A stretch of 54,411 bases of DNA from a virus (Duplodnaviria; Caudoviricetes): IMG/VR virus record IMGVR_UViG_3300032329_000297, positions 1 to 54,411 of that record. One strand, given 5' to 3'. Position numbers and translations under genes: made by a program. This document shows, in pieces, positions 28,374 through 34,206 of the stretch (its first letter is position 1; every line of letters starts with the position of its first letter). The notes under the pieces are model-generated. The model made no database searches. It saw only the letters and a list, made by a program, of their open reading frames with translations, and was not told the origin of the DNA.

Positions 28374-28401
28374 TCGTAACCAAAAGTGAAGGGAAGAGAA
28401 T

Positions 28402-28701
28402 ATGAGAGCGATCACCAAAGCAGCGCTGGCCATCCCTGAGATGGAGTACGCCTTCGAGATCATCTGCGCGGACTCCCGCAAGGAGCCGGACGAGTTCACC
28501 GATCAGGAGATCGTGGACGAAGCAGAGTACCGACTGTCCTGTTTCTTCGAGTCTGGCCATGACAACGACGAGGCTCGGCGGGGCGAGTTCGGTAAAGAGG
28601 AGAAGGCTGCAGCCCTGAAGAATGTCCGAATGATTAAGGCGTTCCTGAAGAAGTACAAAACCGCGGACGGCCGATACAGCAGTTGGGTCAAGAACATCTA
28701 A
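28402..28701 (+). CDS. Early hypothetical protein
   Basis: RBS GAAGGGAAG; 99 aa. Confidence 0.65.
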   Translation: MRAITKAALAIPEMEYAFEIICADSRKEPDEFTDQEIVDEAEYRLSCFFESGHDNDEARRGEFGKEEKAAALKNVRMIKAFLKKYKTADGRYSSWVKNI

Positions 28702-28721
28702 ACCCGGGGGGTAACCCCCCT

Positions 28722-28775
28722 CTAAAAATATTTTTACCAAAGGGGTTGCAAGGCCCCTTTTTTTTCGATTATTAT
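28722..28775 (+). promoter_or_regulatory. Terminator/promoter module 4
   Basis: CTAAAAATATTTTTACCAAA, hairpin AAAGGGG...CCCCTTT, TTGCAA(28746)-N18-TATTAT(28770). Confidence 0.65.
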
Positions 28776-28820
28776 TTGTCTACGGTCACTGATGACCGCA
28801 ACACAGCGAAGGAGAAGAGA

Positions 28821-29075
28821 ATGGAATACGGCGAAATCACAACGACGTTCTTGGGCAGCGGCAAGTTTGACTACAAGGGCCGCGAGATCGGTTACTCGGT
28901 AGTGTTCCGCGACAACGGCACCGACTTCCGGTGCTACGTTCAGAACACCCGCAAGTGGGGCGGCATCTGGTACGAGTTCGGTGTGAAGCAGCGCAGCCGA
29001 TCGTTCGAGTCGCAAGAGGCTGCAACCAACTGGGGATACAAGACCGCCAAAGAGCGACTATCCAAGGTGAAGTAA
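28821..29075 (+). CDS. Early hypothetical protein
   Basis: ATG 28821 after ACAGCGAAGGAG. Confidence 0.65.
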   Translation: MEYGEITTTFLGSGKFDYKGREIGYSVVFRDNGTDFRCYVQNTRKWGGIWYEFGVKQRSRSFESQEAATNWGYKTAKERLSKVK

Positions 29076-29078
29076 GAG

Positions 29079-29099
29079 AGGCCCTCCGGGGCCTTTTTT
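29079..29099 (+). terminator. Rho-independent terminator ending the early array
   Basis: AGGCCC-TCCG-GGGCCT followed by a T-run. Confidence 0.75.
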
Positions 29100-29107
29100 G
29101 TTGTCTA

Positions 29108-29173
29108 ACGAACCAACAAGGAACCATCATGGATCCATCTTGGTTCCAACATGGTTCCAATAAGGTTCTGGCA
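29108..29173 (+). repeat. Six 11-bp iteron-like repeats upstream of terS
   Basis: ACGAACCAACA AGGAACCATCA TGGATCCATCT TGGTTCCAACA TGGTTCCAATA AGGTTCTGGCA. Confidence 0.8.
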
Positions 29174-29226
29174 GTCAAACAAAAAAGCCTGTAAAATCAA
29201 GGCTTCACCGCAACGAGACTGAAAAT

Positions 29227-29868
29227 ATGTCGGACGCGACGAAAAAACCACGCAAATCCAAGGCGATCACGCCAACGCAAGCCGCCAAGATCGAGGGCGC
29301 ATTCGAGGCCGCAATGGCCGCTAAACGGGCGCAGGAGGCCGCGCAAGCCGCGGGAGAGCCTCAGATACCAACCACGCCGCAAAAGACCACTGGAAGGCCG
29401 TCTAAGTACAGTTCCGCGATAGCGCAGGAGATCTGCGAAGGACTGGCTGAAGGGATTCCATTGAGAGAGATCTGCCGCCGGGATCATATGCCTGAGTGGC
29501 GGACTGTTTACGATTGGATGCGGCGCGACGAGGCGCTTTCCACAGCGATCGCGCACGCACGCGACATTGGCTACGACAAGATGGCCGAGGAGTGCCTGCA
29601 GATAGCGGACACGCCTATGTGGGGCCAGAAGCAGGTCATGACGGATCAGGGCACCGCGACGACCACTGAGGATATGCTGGGCCACCGCAAGTTGCAGATC
29701 GAGACCCGGCTCAAGTTGCTGGCCAAGTTCAACCCCAAGAAGTACGGCGACCGGGCGATCCTTGCCGGTGACGCGGACAACCCCTTGCAGATCAACGTAC
29801 AGGCGACTGAGATGTTCGATAGCATCCTCAAGAACGCTGAGATGACGAGGCAGATCGATGTGGAATGA
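29227..29868 (+). CDS. terS: Terminase small subunit (Sf6-like)
   Basis: GRPSKY...EIC..LA.G..LR.IC...MP...TV..W; RKLQI.TR..LL.K..PKKYG. Confidence 0.88.
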   Translation: MSDATKKPRKSKAITPTQAAKIEGAFEAAMAAKRAQEAAQAAGEPQIPTTPQKTTGRPSKYSSAIAQEICEGLAEGIPLREICRRDHMPEWRTVYDWMRRDEALSTAIAHARDIGYDKMAEECLQIADTPMWGQKQVMTDQGTATTTEDMLGHRKLQIETRLKLLAKFNPKKYGDRAILAGDADNPLQINVQATEMFDSILKNAEMTRQIDVE

Positions 29869-30106
29869 GGCGCAGGCTGAGGCCGCCAAGAACAAGTGGG
29901 GGATTGCCGGGCTCTGTATTCAGAAGTCGGAGTGCGTTTCATGGGATCCGCTTGACTTCGGCTATCGGGTGGTGATCAGGGCGCCGATTCGTGCTTTCTG
30001 TGAGCCAGAGATTGTGGCAAAGGTTCAGGATCGGCTGTCTGAGTTTGTTCAGAAGCCGGTTTCTTTGGGCGTCATTGTGGAGTGCGCTCCCATTTCTGCC
30101 CCATGA
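29858..30106 (+). CDS. Hypothetical protein between the terminase genes
   Basis: Overlaps the terS stop. Confidence 0.45.
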   Translation: MWNEAQAEAAKNKWGIAGLCIQKSECVSWDPLDFGYRVVIRAPIRAFCEPEIVAKVQDRLSEFVQKPVSLGVIVECAPISAP

Positions 30107-30155
30107 TTGGGGTTCAAAGTGGGAAATTGTCTCGATCGCTCGCCGGCCAGTATCA

Positions 30156-31616
30156 ATGAAAGTGGGAAATGCCCCTAAAAGTGGGGGAAAATTGCCCCCT
30201 GACGTGGTCGAGATCCTCAAGGACCCCGAAACCAAGCGCAAGTTCCTGACGCTGCCGGTCGAGCAGCAGGTGGCGTGGGCATGGCGCATGAGGTGGCTTC
30301 AGCAGGCGCATAGGCACCAGATCCTACCCGCGGGTGATTGGTGGTCAGTCTGGCTGCTATTGGCCGGCAGGGGCGCTGGGAAGACTCGTACAGCGGCGGA
30401 GCAGATCGGATGGTGGGCACATACCCAGCCGGGGACGCGGTGGCTTGTAGCGGCTCCCACGAGCAGTGACGTGCGCTCGACTTGCTTCGAGGGGGATTCC
30501 GGGCTGCTGACGGTCATCCCGCAAACGCTGATCGCGGACTACAACAAAGCGCTGCACGAACTCAAACTAACGTCGGGCTCGCTGATCAAGGGCATCCCCG
30601 CGTCGGAGCCCGAGCGCTTCCGCGGTCCGCAGTTCCACGGTGGCTGGTGCGACGAACTCGCGGCATGGGAATACTTGCAGGAGGCGTGGGATCAGATTCA
30701 ATTTGGGGTCCGACTGGGCAAGCAGACGCGGATCATCTGCACCACTACGCCGCGGCCAAAGGACCTGATCATTGACCTGATCGGCCGGGACGGGGACGAC
30801 GTAGCGGTGACCACGGCATCGACGTACACCAACCTCGACAACCTGTCGGCGAACTTCCGCAAGCAGATCCTGCAGTACGAAGGGACGACGTTAGGCAGGC
30901 AGGAGATCTACGCAGAGATCATCGACCCGGAGGAGGCCGGGATCGTCAAGCGCGATATGTTCAAACTCTGGCCGGCCGGCAAGGAGTTCCCCAAGTTCGA
31001 GTACATCATCCAAAGTTATGACTGCGCAAACACCGACAAGACGGTCAACGACCCAACGGCGCAGATTACGTTCGGGGTGTTCAAACCGCTCGACGGCCCG
31101 ATGGCCGCGATGGTGATCGATTGCTGGCAAGACCGGCTGCAGTACCCGGATCTGCGCCCGAAGGTCATCGAGGAGTACGAGGCGGTGTTCGGCGAGGGCA
31201 AAGAGAAGAAGCGCGTGGACCTGATCCTCGTCGAGGACAAATCCTCCGGCATCAGTCTGATTCAAGACCTGCAGAGGGCGCACCTTCCGGTCCGGGCGTA
31301 CAACCCCGGCAACGCAGATAAGACGCAGCGCCTGAACATCGTGTCGAACATCATTGCTCGTGGCCGGGTATGGATACCTGAGAGCGATCGCCGCAAGGGG
31401 TTCGTCAAGGACTGGGCAGAAGGGTTCGTATCGCAGATCTGCTCATTCCCCGCGTCTACCCATGACGATTACGTTGACGCTTGCACGCAGGCTTTGAGGT
31501 ACCTTCGGGACAGCGGGTGGCTAGACATTGACCCGCCACCCCCGGAGGACTGGGACGAGGATGATTACGTTGACACCGGAAGATCACGCCGGGTTACCAA
31601 TCCGTATGCGCAATGA
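30156..31616 (+). CDS. terL: Terminase large subunit (start approximate)
   Basis: AGRGAGKT Walker A; RGPQFH..WCDE Walker B; TTTP; QSYD, VED and HDDYVD nuclease motifs. Confidence 0.95.
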   Translation: MKVGNAPKSGGKLPPDVVEILKDPETKRKFLTLPVEQQVAWAWRMRWLQQAHRHQILPAGDWWSVWLLLAGRGAGKTRTAAEQIGWWAHTQPGTRWLVAAPTSSDVRSTCFEGDSGLLTVIPQTLIADYNKALHELKLTSGSLIKGIPASEPERFRGPQFHGGWCDELAAWEYLQEAWDQIQFGVRLGKQTRIICTTTPRPKDLIIDLIGRDGDDVAVTTASTYTNLDNLSANFRKQILQYEGTTLGRQEIYAEIIDPEEAGIVKRDMFKLWPAGKEFPKFEYIIQSYDCANTDKTVNDPTAQITFGVFKPLDGPMAAMVIDCWQDRLQYPDLRPKVIEEYEAVFGEGKEKKRVDLILVEDKSSGISLIQDLQRAHLPVRAYNPGNADKTQRLNIVSNIIARGRVWIPESDRRKGFVKDWAEGFVSQICSFPASTHDDYVDACTQALRYLRDSGWLDIDPPPPEDWDEDDYVDTGRSRRVTNPYAQ

Positions 31617-31756
31617 CTTTAAAGACTTGGCCAAGGGCTTTAAAGACTTGACCCAAGCCTTTGGATGCTCTGAAACCCTTGCTGCGCCTAGTGCAACGCG
31701 ACGAGGCAGTGCAATGCACCAAGCCCTTGCCAAGCCCTTGGCTTTAAAGACTTGGC
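31617..31756. repeat. Direct and inverted repeat cluster after terL
   Basis: CTTTAAAGACTTG at 31617, 31638 and 31742; CCAAGCCCTTG at 31719 and 31730; GCCAAGGGCTT/AAGCCCTTGGC inverted pair. Confidence 0.7.
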
Positions 31757-31837
31757 ACAACAAACCTGTCACAAGGGTTTAGGGATGGGCGGGTAAAATC
31801 CCCTCCGGGCGATGTGCCCGACTCGAAGGAGGTGATC

Positions 31838-32143
31838 ATGGTGGGCGGATTCTTTGATGGTGACGAGAAGTCACTGGCCACAGTGGCCGAGCGTATTGAG
31901 TTTGAGGCGGAGCACAATGTCTCTGAGTATTCGGAGAAGACCATTGAGTTGTTCCAACTGACGGTCAGCCTGTTGCGTTGCACTGGCGACATGGTCAAGC
32001 GTATTGACTATCTCCTGAACGGGGATGAGGACGAGGACACGTTTCTCGCCATTTGGGCTGATCGTTTTGGCGTTGACGAGTCCGAGGACGGTGAGGATGC
32101 TGAGGGCGAGGATGTTGCGGAAGATGAGCAGACTGAAGACTAA
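31838..32143 (+). CDS. Very acidic hypothetical protein
   Basis: ATG 31838 after GGAGGTG; RIDYLL.GD..E.TF motif; D/E-rich tail. Confidence 0.7.
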   Translation: MVGGFFDGDEKSLATVAERIEFEAEHNVSEYSEKTIELFQLTVSLLRCTGDMVKRIDYLLNGDEDEDTFLAIWADRFGVDESEDGEDAEGEDVAEDEQTED

Positions 32144-33108
32144 AGTTTGCTGACGTCGATGAGTTGACCCCGGAAGTCCAGTATCCCTTCGGAGTGCTTC
32201 CGGGCAATCTCTGGCCAAAGTAGTTGGCTGTTTTGAATTGTTAGTACCGCAAACCCGGATCGCCAATTGGCGGGGTTGTCTTCCATGTAATCGTTGAACT
32301 GCGGGCCGTCAGTGTCTGCCAACGTACCGGTATCAACGCCCCATCTGGTGCCGTTGTAGTCATCGAATGGCGTGACTTTCAGGGAATGGAGGTGCCCGGT
32401 GACGATGGATGTCCCGGCATTGACGGTGTTGTTGTGGGTGGCGTGGATGCCGTTCTTGTATCGGTGCTTGATCACAAGGGTGGGAGTTGGCCAGCAGGTC
32501 CAGCAGGGATGCCACTTAGGGAAGTGCTCCTTTAGGGTCAATCCTTGAACGCCCTCAAATTCGGGCACAAACTGGCTTAGGCGCGATTCAAACCGGGCGT
32601 CATGGTTACCTAGAGGCCAGATCAATTGCGTGTGATGGCGGGCCTTATGGCAGGCGTCCTCGATCTCTTTCATGGCCTCAACGCAGGCGGCAAGTTCTTG
32701 CTTAACGTTTGGGCGCTGTTGCCATTGCGACCTCGGGTATCTGCTGATCGCGGCTCCATCGAATATGTCTCCGTTGGCCACGACCATGATTGGCTTGAGT
32801 TTTTTGATGGCCCAGAGGAGGCCTTTGAAGGCGGTAGTGCGGATGCCCGGCCAGAAGTGGGCGTCAGAGAAGACAAGGATGATGCCTTCGGTTACGCCGC
32901 CGTGGTGTCTGGCTTTGACAAGGTGAAGTTTGGTCTCAACGTATGGAACGCGAGACTCAATGGCAATTAAGGGTAGTTTGCGTCTTTTTTCAACGGACCT
33001 ACGTCTTGCGTAGATGTTTCGGACGGCGATGCCGGTTTCTTCGGCTATCTTCTGGGGGCTCTGAAGCCGCTCCCAGAGTTCAATGAACTGGTCGTCGGTC
33101 AGTATCAT
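32140..33108 (-). CDS. Calcineurin-like metallophosphoesterase with N-terminal HTH
   Basis: SDAH, NGDIFD, GNHD, KH and GHLH motifs. Confidence 0.88.
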   Translation of the reverse strand: MILTDDQFIELWERLQSPQKIAEETGIAVRNIYARRRSVEKRRKLPLIAIESRVPYVETKLHLVKARHHGGVTEGIILVFSDAHFWPGIRTTAFKGLLWAIKKLKPIMVVANGDIFDGAAISRYPRSQWQQRPNVKQELAACVEAMKEIEDACHKARHHTQLIWPLGNHDARFESRLSQFVPEFEGVQGLTLKEHFPKWHPCWTCWPTPTLVIKHRYKNGIHATHNNTVNAGTSIVTGHLHSLKVTPFDDYNGTRWGVDTGTLADTDGPQFNDYMEDNPANWRSGFAVLTIQNSQLLWPEIARKHSEGILDFRGQLIDVSKL

Positions 33109-33183
33109 AGCGTGCCCATATGTTGTGCAGCCCGCTTGATATCAGAGTATTGTTACGGCGTCTAGCATTAACGGGAGGTAGGT

Positions 33184-33336
33184 ATGCCAAGTGACGAATT
33201 GCAGGGGTACTGCACAAACTGCAAGAAGTTGTTCAAGGTGAAGTGGTCAGAAACGATCTGCCCTGAGTGCGAGCACAAACCAATGAAGGAAGTGCTTGAC
33301 TTCCCTGAGGAAGATGGGCTATCGTTGCAAGCGTGA
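33184..33336 (+). CDS. Small zinc-ribbon protein (CTNC...CPEC, 50 aa)
   Basis: Translated by hand; RBS GGGAGG. Confidence 0.55.
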   Translation: MPSDELQGYCTNCKKLFKVKWSETICPECEHKPMKEVLDFPEEDGLSLQA

Positions 33337-33355
33337 GGAGTGGAACACCTTGCAA
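33296..33355 (+). promoter_or_regulatory. Promoter and a1/b1-type target hairpin for the antisense RNA
   Basis: TTGACT-N18-TATCGT; stem TTGCAAG/CTTGCAA presenting TGAGGA-GTGGAAC. Confidence 0.65.
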
Positions 33356-33359
33356 TGAG

Positions 33360-33452
33360 AGCCGTTAAGCCTGATCCCGACCCCGTATGGGGTTCCTCAA
33401 AGGTCACAAGCCTTTGTGTGGTTCCACCGGGGTCAGACTTAACGGCTTTTTT
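33360..33452 (+). ncRNA. C4/CI-like antisense RNA
   Basis: Long stem 33360-79/33428-47; hairpins ACCCC-GTAT-GGGGT and CACAA-GCCT-TTGTG; single-stranded TCCTCA and GTTCCAC complementary to upstream TGAGGA and GTGGAAC; T-run after. Confidence 0.75.
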
Positions 33453-33722
33453 GCGTTCTGCGCCTGACCCTTGCCATGCGGTACGTCGGTGGTGGCATTG
33501 AATAACCCCGTTACACGAGCGAGCCAGAGCGGGGGCGGTGGGCGAAGTCTAGAGCCGGGTGGTTGAAACAAGTCTGGACAGCGTGAGCGATAACAGACCC
33601 ATGTTGTCGGAGCGCAGGCGAACTTTAGTCCTCTGGCTACGGTAAGGCTGCGCTTTGCTCCTCCATCCCCATGCCTACTTATACATAATCACAAGTATAT
33701 GATATATAAAGAGAATATATAG

Positions 33723-33917
33723 ATGATATATGATGGTGAGGTTGTTTTTGTGGGAGGGCGGACTTGCCCTTGCGGTGGGCAGATCAGCCGGGGTCCGTTG
33801 AAGGGTGGACGGGAAAGGTGGAAGTGTCGGGCTTGCGGAAGGTATGAGGTGATGTATGGTTTACCTAGTGAGCCCGAGCCGGAAGGGGACCGCGGCGCAC
33901 ATCTGGTGGAGCAATGA
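33723..33917 (+). CDS. Small zinc-ribbon protein (CPCGG...CRACG)
   Basis: Two Cys pairs. Confidence 0.5.
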   Translation: MIYDGEVVFVGGRTCPCGGQISRGPLKGGRERWKCRACGRYEVMYGLPSEPEPEGDRGAHLVEQ

Positions 33918-34050
33918 CACGGTGTGCCGTTTGTTCTCTACTGGCGGAATGCAGGAGCGCGATCGGATGCTAACGGCCGATTCGATGGGCCGGCGGTTGT
34001 GTCATATGTGCGCCCAAAACGCAAAGAAGGTTTGGCGGTTTCGCGTATAG
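33856..34050 (+). CDS. Small Cys/His protein (AHIW...DT.C...CHMC)
   Basis: RBS GAGGTG. Confidence 0.55.
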   Translation: MVYLVSPSRKGTAAHIWWSNDTVCRLFSTGGMQERDRMLTADSMGRRLCHMCAQNAKKVWRFRV

Positions 34051-34058
34051 TTTGCGTT

Positions 34059-34148
34059 CCAAGACGCATGGGGATTGATGCCGGGTAACCGGGACGAGTT
34101 GACGCAGTAAGTCGAAATGTACTGAACGTCAGTCCTCATCCGTGTTGG
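34059..34148 (+). ncRNA. Putative structured RNA with long closing stem, GNRA hairpin and pseudoknot
   Basis: 34059-80 pairs with 34127-48; CCGG-GTAA-CCGG; TTGAC/GTCGA plus CAGTA/TACTG. Confidence 0.55.
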
Positions 34149-34206
34149 TAGTGACTTGACAGCCTAGGCGCGATATGATGGCGGGTAATCTGCAAAGGAA
34201 ACAGAT

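Noticed and set aside
26900-29100. CRISPR or mini-array
   Set aside because: The repeats are separated by whole genes of variable length, not 30-40 nt spacers, and there are no cas genes
29860-29870. GTGGAATGAGG as a distal target of the C4-like RNA
   Set aside because: Only short 6+5 nt matches, plausibly chance; no supporting context
29991-30155. Extended terL N-terminus
   Set aside because: It overlaps another ORF and lacks an RBS; a start at or after 30156 is more plausible
34059-34148. tRNA or hammerhead ribozyme
   Set aside because: No TTC T-loop or acceptor cloverleaf, and no CUGAnGA core in the required arrangement
34156-34179. TTGACA...TATGAT sigma70 promoter
   Set aside because: The spacer is only 12 nt, so it cannot be called a canonical promoter
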